From: Candidatus Poribacteria bacterium
Lineage (GTDB): Bacteria; Poribacteria; WGA-4E; WGA-3G
Length of the DNA: 64,000 bases
Direction of reading: 5' to 3'
Assembly: GCA_965198235.1 (NCBI GenBank)
Contig: OZ240248.1
Location: 3,680,001 to 3,744,000, forward strand
This document shows, in pieces, positions 9,345 through 19,302 of this stretch. The position numbers and the translations under genes are program-made. A model generated the notes under the pieces. The model ran no database searches. It saw only the letters and a list, made by a program, of their open reading frames with translations, and was not told the DNA's origin. The number at the start of each line of letters is the position of its first letter. The first letter of the stretch is position 1.

Positions 9345-11057
9345 ATGAAGCATTCAGATCCCCATCTAAAAGAAGACCCTAACAAACCCTCCAATACAAA
9401 CTTTATTCGTCAAGCGATTGAGGAAGATCTTAAGGTAAACAGGTATGACGGTAGAGTGCATACCCGATTTCCCCCAGAACCGAGTGGGTACCTCCATATC
9501 GGGCACGCCAAGGCTATCTGTATCAGTTTCGGCATTGCCGAAGATTTTGGCGGGCTTTACAATTTGCGGTTTGACGACAGCAATCCTCTCACAGAAGAGA
9601 GCGAGTACGTAGAAGGAATCAAGCGGGATGTCCGTTGGCTCGGCTTCGATTGGAAGGAACGGGAATATCACGCCTCAGACTATTTTGAGACGCTCTACGG
9701 ATATGCCGTCAAACTGATAGAGAAAGGGAAAGCCTACGTCTGTGATTTGACACCAGACGAGATGCGCACCTATCGTGGCACCTTGGTCGAACCCGGAAAA
9801 GACAGTCCTTATCGCGACCGATCGGTTGAGGAGAACTTGACGTTATTCCGTGGCATGCGCGATGGCGAATTTCCAAATGGTTCCCGTACGCTCCGCGCAA
9901 AAATTGATATGTCAAGCCCGAATCTGAATATGCGCGACCCTGTGATGTACCGTATCCTTCGTGCACATCACTATCGCCACGGCGATGCCTGGTGCATTTA
10001 TCCCACTTACGATTTCACCCATGGGCAGTCCGATTCCATAGAAGGCGTAACGCACTCGTTGTGTGATGTCCAGTTTGAAGACCATCGTCCGCTCTACGAC
10101 TGGTTTTTAGAGTCGTTGGAGATTTATCAGCCTCGCCAGATTGAATTCGCACGGTTGAATCTCACCTATACCGTGTTGGGTAAGCGGAACCTCAAAGTCC
10201 TCGTTGAGGAGGGACATGTCAGCGGATGGGACGATCCGAGGTTGCCGACGCTGTCTGGGATGCGTCGCCGCGGGTATACGCCTGAAGCTATCCGAGATTT
10301 TTGCAATCGCATCGGCGTTTCAAAGGCGGATAATCTCATTGAGATGGGACAACTTGAATACTCTATCCGCGATGATTTAAACCGTCGCGCGCCGCGGGTC
10401 ATGGCAGTCCTCAATCCGGTTAAGGTTATTATCGACAATTATCCAAACGGACAGGTCGAGATGTTAGACGCTGAAAATAATCCGGAAGACGAGAACGCGG
10501 GAACACGGCAGATCCCGTTTTCGCGGGAAATCTATATCGAACGAGAAGATTTTATGGAGGATCCACCACGGAAATTCTTCAGATTGGCTCCCGGACGAGA
10601 GGTGCGGCTTAAGCATGCATATTATATCCAGTGTGAACGGATCGTTAAAGATGAAACCGGTGAAATCGTTGAGATTCGCTGTACCTATGATCCTGAAACG
10701 CGTGGTGGCTGGTCAGAAGACGGACGCAGGGTGAGAGGCACATTGCACTGGGTTTCTGCTGAGCATGCCGTTGATGCTGATATCCGCCTCTACGATTCGC
10801 TCTTTACGGAACGTGAGCCGGAGAACGCGGCGGATGGCGCGGATTGGATGCGATTCCTCAATCCGAACTCTTTAGAGGTTCTAAGCGACTCCAAAGTTGA
10901 ACCGAGTCTTGTTGAGGCGACCCCGGAAAACCGGTATCAATTCCTCCGGATGGGCTATTTTTGCCTTGATCCGGATACAACACCAGAGAAATTAGTATTC
11001 AATCGCACAGTACCGCTAAGGGATAGCTGGGCGAAGATTCAGAGGGGACAAAAATGA
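9345..11057 (+). CDS. glnS: Glutamine--tRNA ligase
   Basis: [62 protein letters not shown]. Confidence 0.97.
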   Translation: MKHSDPHLKEDPNKPSNTNFIRQAIEEDLKVNRYDGRVHTRFPPEPSGYLHIGHAKAICISFGIAEDFGGLYNLRFDDSNPLTEESEYVEGIKRDVRWLGFDWKEREYHASDYFETLYGYAVKLIEKGKAYVCDLTPDEMRTYRGTLVEPGKDSPYRDRSVEENLTLFRGMRDGEFPNGSRTLRAKIDMSSPNLNMRDPVMYRILRAHHYRHGDAWCIYPTYDFTHGQSDSIEGVTHSLCDVQFEDHRPLYDWFLESLEIYQPRQIEFARLNLTYTVLGKRNLKVLVEEGHVSGWDDPRLPTLSGMRRRGYTPEAIRDFCNRIGVSKADNLIEMGQLEYSIRDDLNRRAPRVMAVLNPVKVIIDNYPNGQVEMLDAENNPEDENAGTRQIPFSREIYIEREDFMEDPPRKFFRLAPGREVRLKHAYYIQCERIVKDETGEIVEIRCTYDPETRGGWSEDGRRVRGTLHWVSAEHAVDADIRLYDSLFTEREPENAADGADWMRFLNPNSLEVLSDSKVEPSLVEATPENRYQFLRMGYFCLDPDTTPEKLVFNRTVPLRDSWAKIQRGQK

Positions 11058-12565
11058 ACGAAACACCAGACGGGGCATCGGTTTCCGTTGTGAAAGACCC
11101 AGTTCGAGTACGGATGGCGCCCTCGCCCACCGGCTATCTACACATCGGCGGCGCGCGAACGGCGCTATTCAACTGGCTGTTCGCTAAACATCACAATGGC
11201 AAATTCATCCTCCGAATTGACGATACGGATATGGCGCGTTCCACTGATGAATCCATGCACGAAATCTATATCGCGCTGAAGTGGTTGGGACTTGAATGGG
11301 ACGAGGGTGGCGATAAGGGCGGTCCGTGTGGGACTTATGTGCAATCCGAACGGAAAGCCATCCACGATAGTTATATTGCGCAGTTGCTTGAAAGTGGCAA
11401 CGCATACCACTGTTATTGCACGCCGGAAGAATTAGAGAAGATTCGTGCGCAGGCACGCGCCGACAAACAGACGCGTTCCTACGATGGGAGATGCCGAGAT
11501 TTAACTTCAGAAGCCGTAGAGCACTTTGTGGCAGAAGGTAGAAAGCCGACCGTGCGAATAAAGATGCCTGACACACCGATCCGTGTTGACGACATCATCC
11601 TCGGTTCCCGCAACATTGATCCGGCTACTTTAGAGGATGAGGTGGTTGTGCGTTCAAACGGGATGCCGAACTACAATCTCACTTCAATTATCGACGATGC
11701 GGAGATGCAGATAACGCACGTAATTCGGGGAACAGAGCATCTCAACAATACGCCGAAGCAAATTGCGATCGCGAATGCTCTCGATTTAAGCGTTCCGCAG
11801 TTTGCGCACATTCCATTGGTGTTGGATAGTAGTGGCAGGAAGATGAGCAAACGTCATCACGGCGACCTCGTCGCTGTTAACCGCTACCGTGAACAGGGGT
11901 ATCTACCTGAAGCGATGCTGAACTTTGTTGTCCGACTCGGTTGGTCCTACGATGACAAGCAGGAGATTTTCTCTGTTGATGAACTCATCGAGAAATTCGA
12001 TCTTGCACGGGTTGGAAAGAGTGGGAGTGTTTTTGATATTAAGAAACTGGAGTGGCTCAACTCCCACTATATTAATCAACTCGATGTTACGGCACGGACG
12101 GAGGCAGTCATCCCGTTTTGGCAGGAAGAGGGCTTGCTGGATAATTCAACTGAAGATCGCAACTGGCTGGAAGGCATTGTGGAAGCGGTGGGTGAACGGC
12201 TGACAACACTTCAGGACATCGTCCCACAGACCTCCTATTTCTTTACCGATGGATTCGAGTATGAACCGAAAGCGGTCAAGAAATGGTGGGGGAACTCAGA
12301 AGAAAAGAGGGAGAAAACTCGCGAGATTCTGACGAATATCTCACAGATTTTGGAAGAGATTCCTACGTTTGACATAGAAACAATTGAAGCGGCAATTTGG
12401 AAATACACAGATGAGAAGGATATCAAACGCGTCGCAGCGATGCAAGCGTTGCGGATCGCACTGACGGGGACATCGTTCGGTCCGAGTCTCTTTGATATTG
12501 TTGTGTTGCTCGGTAAGAATGAAGTATTAAAGCGGATCCCAAAGGCGATAGAACACTTCACTTAG
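11054..12565 (+). CDS. gltX: Glutamate--tRNA ligase
   Basis: [27 protein letters not shown]-terminal LRIALTG...GPSL; ATGA overlap with glnS. Confidence 0.97.
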   Translation: MNETPDGASVSVVKDPVRVRMAPSPTGYLHIGGARTALFNWLFAKHHNGKFILRIDDTDMARSTDESMHEIYIALKWLGLEWDEGGDKGGPCGTYVQSERKAIHDSYIAQLLESGNAYHCYCTPEELEKIRAQARADKQTRSYDGRCRDLTSEAVEHFVAEGRKPTVRIKMPDTPIRVDDIILGSRNIDPATLEDEVVVRSNGMPNYNLTSIIDDAEMQITHVIRGTEHLNNTPKQIAIANALDLSVPQFAHIPLVLDSSGRKMSKRHHGDLVAVNRYREQGYLPEAMLNFVVRLGWSYDDKQEIFSVDELIEKFDLARVGKSGSVFDIKKLEWLNSHYINQLDVTARTEAVIPFWQEEGLLDNSTEDRNWLEGIVEAVGERLTTLQDIVPQTSYFFTDGFEYEPKAVKKWWGNSEEKREKTREILTNISQILEEIPTFDIETIEAAIWKYTDEKDIKRVAAMQALRIALTGTSFGPSLFDIVVLLGKNEVLKRIPKAIEHFT

Positions 12566-12607
12566 GAAGTACTGTTGGGTAAGTTGCAGAAGTGGAAGGA
12601 GTAAACT

Positions 12608-12922
12608 ATGGTTCCCAAAACAGAAACCACGCAAGATGTATCTCCAATTGAAGCCTCTGTTGCTTTCCACCCGCGAGGCAAACGCAAATTGCAACCGACT
12701 GTTGCGATGTTATGTGATTTAATTGACTTCGTAAGCCAAAACGAAACCCATCTACTTGTTCCATTAACGGAAATTGAATATCAGCAGCTTGCGGCGCGGC
12801 TAGACGATTTGCTTGACATAGTAGGGGAGGAAAATCACCCTTTGGCTCCCTTGCTGCATTTCGTTGGCACGCTTGTTAGGAATTATGAGGATGAGCATGT
12901 TCCAAGATTAACAGAGATTTAA
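12608..12922 (+). CDS. HigA-antitoxin-like N-terminal domain protein without HTH
   Basis: EYQQL..RLDDLLDIVGEENHPL..LL..VGTLV..YEDEH resembles the HigA N-terminal helical region; no HTH and no higB partner. Confidence 0.55.
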   Translation: MVPKTETTQDVSPIEASVAFHPRGKRKLQPTVAMLCDLIDFVSQNETHLLVPLTEIEYQQLAARLDDLLDIVGEENHPLAPLLHFVGTLVRNYEDEHVPRLTEI

Positions 12923-13002
12923 TTTTACATGACACAGTGCTTGCTGAAGAAACGAAATTAGATACCTGATCTTTATCATGCCGAACTATCAGGAGATCAA
13001 TC

Positions 13003-14292
13003 ATGGCAGCAAAACTCGCTATATATGGTGGTAAAGGGACTGTCCCTGATGGATTAATTCAACCGTGGCCACAGATTACGCAATCCGATAGAGACGCGAT
13101 TGCTGAGGTTATCGCCTCCGAAAAAATTACGGAACAGCAACGGATCCAATCCGAAGGTCTCGCAAACGAATGGGCGGAATACATGGATGTCCAGTATTGC
13201 ATTCCGGTCAACAGCGGGACGGCTGCGTTGCATCTATGTGTCGCAGGTGTTGGCATCGAGCCGGGCGACGAGGTCCTTGTTCCCGCCTTCACTTTCTGGG
13301 CAACGGCAGCCGCTGTCCTCCATCACAACGCTATACCCGTCTTTGTTGATATTGACCCCGTAACTTACTGTATTGACCCCCAGGAAATAGAAGCGAAAAT
13401 CACGGAGCGAACGCGTGCGATTATGCCGGTTCATATCCACGGTATGCCCGCCGATATGGATCCGATTTTAGCAATTGCTAAAAGGCATGACCTGAAAATT
13501 ATGGAGGATGTCGCTCAGGCGCACGGGGCATATTATAACGGCAAGCTTTGTGGCTCCTTTGGCGATGCCGCGGGTTACAGCACGCAAGCCTCGAAAACGC
13601 TGAGTAGCGGGTGTCAAGGCGGTTTGTTCACAACGAATGATGAGCAAATCTACGAGCGCGCAGCGTTATTGCAGTATTTCGGGGAAATCGTTGTGCCGGG
13701 TAGGGAACGCGAGGAACAGGAATACAATGCTTACGGACTTGGATGGATGTATCGTGGGGATATGTTCAGTCAAGCTTTCATCCGTAGCCAACTCCAACGG
13801 CTTGATATAAACAACGCGCTGCGAATTAGAAATTGCCACTATCTCACGGAGCATCTGGATGAAATTGATGGTATCGAAACGCCTGTTACGCCAGAAGCGT
13901 GTGAACCCGTGTATTACAACTATGTCCTCGGTTTCGATCCAGAGGCGTTGGGATTAGATGTTTCCGCAAGAACCGTGCGTGAGAAAGTGCAAGCGGCACT
14001 CCGCGCTGAGGGAGTGCCAACGGGACAGTGGCAACGACTGCCTGTGCCGTCTCAAGAAATTTTCCAGAACCGGATCGGTTACGGGACAGGCTGTCCGTGG
14101 CGATGTAACCAGTCGACGGTTGAATATAAGACGGAGGACTATCCTCGAGCCGTTGAATTTATTGATTCGCACTGCTATATCTTCGATGTGAATCCACCCA
14201 ACGATTTCGAGTTGATGTCCTTTTACGTCGAAGCGTTCCATAAGGTAATGGATCAGCTTGATGCCGTGCTTGACGCGCCAGAGACCGCTTGA
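13003..14292 (+). CDS. DegT/DnrJ/EryC1/StrS PLP-dependent aminotransferase
   Basis: NSGTAALH, GDEV.VP.FTF.AT, PVH..G, EDVAQAHG, PLP Lys in STQASK. Confidence 0.92.
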   Translation: MAAKLAIYGGKGTVPDGLIQPWPQITQSDRDAIAEVIASEKITEQQRIQSEGLANEWAEYMDVQYCIPVNSGTAALHLCVAGVGIEPGDEVLVPAFTFWATAAAVLHHNAIPVFVDIDPVTYCIDPQEIEAKITERTRAIMPVHIHGMPADMDPILAIAKRHDLKIMEDVAQAHGAYYNGKLCGSFGDAAGYSTQASKTLSSGCQGGLFTTNDEQIYERAALLQYFGEIVVPGREREEQEYNAYGLGWMYRGDMFSQAFIRSQLQRLDINNALRIRNCHYLTEHLDEIDGIETPVTPEACEPVYYNYVLGFDPEALGLDVSARTVREKVQAALRAEGVPTGQWQRLPVPSQEIFQNRIGYGTGCPWRCNQSTVEYKTEDYPRAVEFIDSHCYIFDVNPPNDFELMSFYVEAFHKVMDQLDAVLDAPETA

Positions 14293-14329
14293 ATTGTATC
14301 AAGGATTTTCTTGAAACCGACAACATTTC

Positions 14330-14530
14330 ATGATACACTATAGGGACGTAAAACCGAGAGTCTACCTTGAAACGACGGTTATTAGTTATCTGGTAGGCAG
14401 GTCAAGCAGCGATGCAACGTTAGCGTCTTGGCAACGGATAACGCGGCAATTATGGGAAGACTCTGCGGATAGATTTGCGTTTGTCGTTTCACCGATAGTT
14501 TTCGCTGAGGTAAGTCAAGGTGATGCATAG
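14330..14530 (+). pseudogene. Truncated PIN-domain toxin fragment
   Basis: KPRVYLETTVISYL..R.S.D....WQRITRQLWE is a typical PIN N-terminus. It stops after about 60 codons, and the expected start position reads GTA. Confidence 0.65.
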
Positions 14531-14541
14531 GGGAATTTCAG

Positions 14542-14811
14542 ATGAAAGAAGAAGATTTTGAAAACTATACGGATCCTATCCTTGAGGAATGCTATCGGAT
14601 GAAAGAGGAATTCAACGCCCAATTCAACTCTGTCGAAGAACTCTCCGCGCATTTGTGAAAGGTTCAAGAAGAATGCCGACGGAAAGGCATGAAAGTTGTT
14701 TCGTATTATGTGCCACCTGAGAAGCGCAATCCAACAGAAGAATCTGACAGTGATGAAACCTCAAGCGATACACCACCACAAAAACCGTCGGCAGAAAATA
14801 CTTCGGCATAA
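14542..14811 (+). pseudogene. Small PIN-associated partner gene interrupted by an in-frame TGA
   Basis: MKEEDFENYTDPILEECYRMKEEFNAQFNSVEELSAHL* (TGA 14656-14658), then KVQEECRRKGMKVV... in frame to TAA 14809-14811. Confidence 0.5.
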
Positions 14812-14903
14812 ATTATATCCCATGCATTTAGCCTCAATCCAAACAGTGTGGGCGGAACGCCACTCCTGCCCGCACGCGTAAGGCTAATGAGGAAATCGCG
14901 TAC

Positions 14904-15309
14904 ATGCCAACCCTAAACTGGATCGGCTTATACTGGAGCCTATAAATTTCAGAAACACTACTACCCGCACGTCGGAGATCTGAAGGCAGATGGTGAAGAA
15001 TTCCAATGCGCGCAGTTCATTGATATGTTGCCTGAAGTTAAATTTTGGGTGCGAAATCTTGAACGCAAACCACTACATTCCTTCTGGCTCCAGACTTCAA
15101 CCGACAGGTTTTATCCTGATTTTGTGTGCCTCTTGATCGATGGACGTTATCTCGTTGTTGAATACAAAGGTATTCATCTTTGGTCGGCTGATGATGCATC
15201 TGAAAAACGCGAGATCGGTGAGTTGTGGGAGGCACGTAGTGGCGGACAGTGCTTGTTCATCATGCCCAAGGGACCTGATTTTAATGCCATCCGAGCGAAG
15301 CTCTTCTAA
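14904..15309 (+). pseudogene. Collapsed type III restriction-modification locus (mod 5' end joined to res 3' end)
   Basis: GAGG then MPTLNWIG (a typical Mod N-terminus). From 14929, in another frame: YKFQKHYY..GEEFQCAQFID..WVRN..FYPDF..VEYKG..EK..IGELW (Res C-terminal PD-(D/E)xK domain). Confidence 0.75.
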
Positions 15310-15369
15310 AACCCAATTGACAAACATAAAAAAGACGAAACACATCAGTGTCCCGCCCTTTTTTAATTC

Positions 15370-16818
15370 CTATTCATCTGACTCGTCAGGATAGTCGATC
15401 GACCATTTGCCGCGTCCATCGCCAGAGGGTTCTTCTTTCCAGAGATCGAGGAAGTGATCAGGAGCGTTATGCTCCGTGAGGTGCGACATAAAGAGTTCAT
15501 GCAACTCCTTGACGAGTTCCATGTTATCTGCAGCGATGTTGTTCTCGGCTATCGGGTCTGCGGGTAGGTCGAACAGTTCCGGTCTGCCGTATTCACCGAC
15601 AGGTGCGTATCCCCAGCGTTCCGTGACGAGGAATGGCGTTGTCGCCCGGCGGGGCACACTTCCGTCCGGTGCACCGATATGGCAACCCGTTACGGCGTAT
15701 TCCCTGTGTTGTGCGTCGCCATTAAGGAGAGCATTTGCGAAGGAGCGTCCCTCAAACGGTTTTGGTGGATCCAAGGTGACACCAGCCAATTCACAGAGTG
15801 TCGGCATAATATCCATCGGTTGCGCGATGAGATCGAGACGTTTTCCGCTCGGCACCTCGCCACCAGCAATCAGGAACATCTCATGGTTGATTTCCGGGTA
15901 CGTGGGCCAATAGCGGGAATCTTCCGGATCAATGTTGGATTTACCCGTTCTATCGTGTTCCCCGATAGACATACCGTGGTCGGACAACACAACGACGAGG
16001 GTATCGTCCCATAACTCCAAATCCTCCACTTTCTGCAGAACCCGTCCGATGTGTCGGTCAATAAGTTCGGACTCACCGGCGTAGTGTGCCCAGAGGTTGT
16101 GCAGTTCGGCATCCGTAAAGAGTGACGACAGACCGTAGTTCGGATGTAGCATCGGTGGACCGGTGTAGTCCGGATCGTAGCGCTTGACGAGGTATTCGGG
16201 TGGATCCCACGGTTCGTGCGGATCGAAGAAATCTACCCAGAGGAAAAAGGGACCCGAGCGGTGGTTCTCTTCCAACCATCGGATTGTGGTCTCGGAGGTC
16301 CTGCCGGAGAACGTCTCCGCTTCATACTGGTAGTAGCGGTTCGTCCAACGGTGCGTGTTCGGCAGCGTGTGTCCTCTGTATGACGGATGCGGTCGGGTCT
16401 TCTCATTCGGCATAACGATCCGTATTTCGTCGTTGTGGTGGAGAAGCGGTTTGTCTCCCTCTTGTCCGCGATGCTGGAAGGCGGCATCGAAACAGTGCTG
16501 GAAACGGACGTTGAACAGGTGCGGGGTATCACAGATGAGCTGCGTTGCGTATCCCTGATCGCTCAGGAGTTGCGCGGTGATGTTCCGTCCGCTCAGATCG
16601 ATTGGTTGCCACGGGTAGTGGGGCCACCCGACTGTTCCCGTCATAATATCTGTGCGGTGTGGCACCGTTGGAAAGCTACTCATGTAGAATTTGTCGATAG
16701 CAGTGGCGCGTTCTGCCTCAAATTTGTCGAGCATTGGTGTGCGAATCGGACGTCTCGCCCGTTCGCCGAGATTGTCATACCGGAAGGTATCGGTAATCAG
16801 TAAAACAATATTTTTCAT
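15370..16818 (-). CDS. Sulfatase-fold hydrolase with Thr at the nucleophile position
   Basis: NIVLLITDTFR.D, FPTVPHR....TG, FDPHEPWDPP, SDHG, PELFDL..DP. Confidence 0.85.
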   Translation of the reverse strand: MKNIVLLITDTFRYDNLGERARRPIRTPMLDKFEAERATAIDKFYMSSFPTVPHRTDIMTGTVGWPHYPWQPIDLSGRNITAQLLSDQGYATQLICDTPHLFNVRFQHCFDAAFQHRGQEGDKPLLHHNDEIRIVMPNEKTRPHPSYRGHTLPNTHRWTNRYYQYEAETFSGRTSETTIRWLEENHRSGPFFLWVDFFDPHEPWDPPEYLVKRYDPDYTGPPMLHPNYGLSSLFTDAELHNLWAHYAGESELIDRHIGRVLQKVEDLELWDDTLVVVLSDHGMSIGEHDRTGKSNIDPEDSRYWPTYPEINHEMFLIAGGEVPSGKRLDLIAQPMDIMPTLCELAGVTLDPPKPFEGRSFANALLNGDAQHREYAVTGCHIGAPDGSVPRRATTPFLVTERWGYAPVGEYGRPELFDLPADPIAENNIAADNMELVKELHELFMSHLTEHNAPDHFLDLWKEEPSGDGRGKWSIDYPDESDE

Positions 16819-17020
16819 ATTTTTAACTATTAACCTCGCTATGATCGCCCCGTTGGGGCGACCATCGGTTTTAATGAAATCATTACCGCCTTGGATAATG
16901 ATGCCTCAATTTCTCTTGTCTGAGAATTCCTAATTATCCATCGTAATGTCTGAAGTTTCAAACCTTGCCAGCGAAGGGTTTATAGGAAGTCGGATAGCAA
17001 ACCCTGACAGCAAAATCGGA

Positions 17021-17944
17021 CTAAACCTCTTGGCGCGTTGTTTTTAGCAAAAGTAGTGTCACGAGCAGCAACGGCACAATGACTGCAGCAGAAACAGCGA
17101 TGGGGACCAGGGCACCGATGAGACACGGAAAAAAGAAGATTGAGCCGATCATCGAGCCCTTCAACGCGAGATAACCGTTTTTCTCGTTCGGTTGGAGGTA
17201 GAGTGAAATACGAGTGCCAACGGTGGCGATGATGCCTAAGACTACCCAAACGATATATGATTTGTGGAGATCCGGTTCCAACCAATACGGCAAAAAGGCG
17301 ATAGCAAAGGCAAGGACGGTAGCAACCGCCGAGAGCAGGAGTGCTGGACGGATGCCAATCTGGAGCGGAGTCGTTACGATGCCGAGTTCTTTATCACGCG
17401 AGATGTCTTTGAAGGTGGTGGTAATATGTGTGCCTAAATCGTAAAGCGTTGTGGCGGCAAAGGCATACCATACCAACCGTGGCACAGTCCCGCGCACTGC
17501 TAATGCTCCGAAGACGCTCAGTAGCCCAATTCCCAGAGGTAGTGTGAGGCTTCCTAAGATACCTTTTGCTTTGAAAATGGCGTTGTAGAGATGCGAGATT
17601 GCGACTAAACTTATCACCAAAAGACCCGTTTTAATATTGAGCCAGAAACCGCCAATGACACATAACCCGTAAATAATACTCGCGGGGACAATTGCCTGAC
17701 GCGGTGTCAGCCGCTGTGATGGAATCGGACGTTCTGGGTTCGTGTGTTTATCTGTTTCATGGTGAAAATAGTCGTTTTTTATCATTCCGGCGAAGTAGCC
17801 GCAGAGTGCAATCACCAATGCCGCAGCGACGCGTCGTGTAAAGTGCCCCTCACTGGCGATGAGTGCACCGGGCAGTGTTGCCACAATCGGAATCGCAAAA
17901 AGCGGATAGCGGATGAGTTCAAAATAGGCTTTGAAGCGGTTCAT
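17021..17944 (-). CDS. UbiA-family prenyltransferase (DGGGP synthase-like)
   Basis: NDYFHHETD..N.PERPIPS, YN..FK, KDISRD..G..T; multiple TM segments. Confidence 0.85.
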   Translation of the reverse strand: MNRFKAYFELIRYPLFAIPIVATLPGALIASEGHFTRRVAAALVIALCGYFAGMIKNDYFHHETDKHTNPERPIPSQRLTPRQAIVPASIIYGLCVIGGFWLNIKTGLLVISLVAISHLYNAIFKAKGILGSLTLPLGIGLLSVFGALAVRGTVPRLVWYAFAATTLYDLGTHITTTFKDISRDKELGIVTTPLQIGIRPALLLSAVATVLAFAIAFLPYWLEPDLHKSYIVWVVLGIIATVGTRISLYLQPNEKNGYLALKGSMIGSIFFFPCLIGALVPIAVSAAVIVPLLLVTLLLLKTTRQEV

Positions 17945-17958
17945 CTATCGACTTCCCA

Positions 17959-19047
17959 TTAGAAATTTTCGCGTGGCACACCTGCTTCTGTTACCGGAGA
18001 ATTTCTCGGCTCGTATGCTTCATCTACACCGTAAAACTGGTCGCTTTGTGTTCCGATACCGAGTTCGGTGATATTAGGTCCAATCTGTTTATTCCCTTGA
18101 ATAAAGTTGTCTCGGAGCCTACCCCCGTCGTAGACTGCCCAGCCGACGTTCAACGTTATATTGTTAGAGACTATCTCCGGTGAGGCAGTCGAATAGCAGA
18201 CAATAGCGTTCTCGTAATTGGCGCGGAGAATGTTATACTGAATACGGGGTCGAGCGTCATCTTCGCATATAATTCCGTAATTGTTAGCCGTGAACTCGTT
18301 GTATTCTACATCCGATGATGCGCTTCCTCGGAATTGTGTGCCTGTGCCGTTCCTATTAAATTCATTGCTGGTAATAGTCGGGCTGGTGTTATCAGAAAGG
18401 ACCGCTGTTTTGTTTTCGCTGAAAAGGCATCTCTCAATTTGGACGGCACCTGTTCGGCATGCGATGCCGATAGTTGCATGTTGGATACGGCAATACGTGA
18501 GCCGGCTATTCGGGCTTTGGGCTTCAATCTGAATTCCTGCCCAATCTCCTGCCTTTGGCGGATCAGCGGTTAAAGTTATCTGCGTTTCGGTGCTGGTACT
18601 TTCTTCCATCCCCATTGTCCCGAAACCTGATGTCATTGGAGTAAAGTGTGTTTCTATCTCAGGTTCTGGTTGCTGTTCGCGCTGTCTTCCCAAGGAACCG
18701 AAGACGATCATCCTGTCTGGCGATCCTTCTGCGTAGAGTTCACCATGCACGATGAGCTGGCTCGGCGTATCCATTGGTTCAAAACCGACGATGGTTCCCG
18801 ATCGGATCGTCAACGTGATACCTTCTGGAACAACAAGGGTGTCGGTAATATAGATGCGTCCGTCCCAAACCTCATTCTCTGTCAGTTCACCGGATTTCTC
18901 TATGATTTCTGAGGTGCCACCGACATCGAGATTGAATGTTTCACCTTGGCACCCGCAATAGAAAGCAGTGAAAACGCAGATGAGGGGGATTAGAAGGTTG
19001 CAGAACGAGACTTTCTGATGTTGCTGTGTGGTGGTTGCTATTTTCAT
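17959..19047 (-). CDS. Right-handed parallel beta-helix repeat protein, probable lipoprotein
   Basis: Signal ending in Cys; V.VPEG.TLTI..GT, G.L.AEG, W.GI, Asn-ladder repeats. Confidence 0.8.
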   Translation of the reverse strand: MKIATTTQQHQKVSFCNLLIPLICVFTAFYCGCQGETFNLDVGGTSEIIEKSGELTENEVWDGRIYITDTLVVPEGITLTIRSGTIVGFEPMDTPSQLIVHGELYAEGSPDRMIVFGSLGRQREQQPEPEIETHFTPMTSGFGTMGMEESTSTETQITLTADPPKAGDWAGIQIEAQSPNSRLTYCRIQHATIGIACRTGAVQIERCLFSENKTAVLSDNTSPTITSNEFNRNGTGTQFRGSASSDVEYNEFTANNYGIICEDDARPRIQYNILRANYENAIVCYSTASPEIVSNNITLNVGWAVYDGGRLRDNFIQGNKQIGPNITELGIGTQSDQFYGVDEAYEPRNSPVTEAGVPRENF

Positions 19048-19054
19048 AACTATA

Positions 19055-19127
19055 GTTTTAGCATAGGTAGAGGTTTATGTCAAGTGCGAAAAAAAGGTTT
19101 GACATCAGGTATAAAATTTGCTATAAT
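19055..19127. promoter_or_regulatory. Back-to-back sigma70 promoters
   Basis: Plus strand: TTGACA (19099)-17-TATAAT (19122), perfect consensus, for ffh. Minus strand: TTGACA (19083)-17-TAAAAC (19060). Confidence 0.75.
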
Positions 19128-19302
19128 TGTATAATTAGGTGTTATTTTGTCGTTGCGCGGATTTACGCATCAGAACTTATGTGGATTTGATAGAACATTT
19201 TGGTCGTTTTATTTTAGATAACGGAATCGATAATTACACATTTTAGGCACTGAGCACGGGGTGCAAGTACATCTCACTCCTACAAAAAGGGACGCATAGA
19301 CA

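Noticed and set aside
14656-14658. In-frame TGA as selenocysteine or recoding
   Set aside because: No redox motif or evident SECIS hairpin; neighbouring genes are also decayed, and TGA is used as a stop throughout the window.
19128-19302. SRP RNA or other ncRNA upstream of ffh
   Set aside because: No SRP domain IV hairpin (CAGG..GGAA..AGCA) visible.
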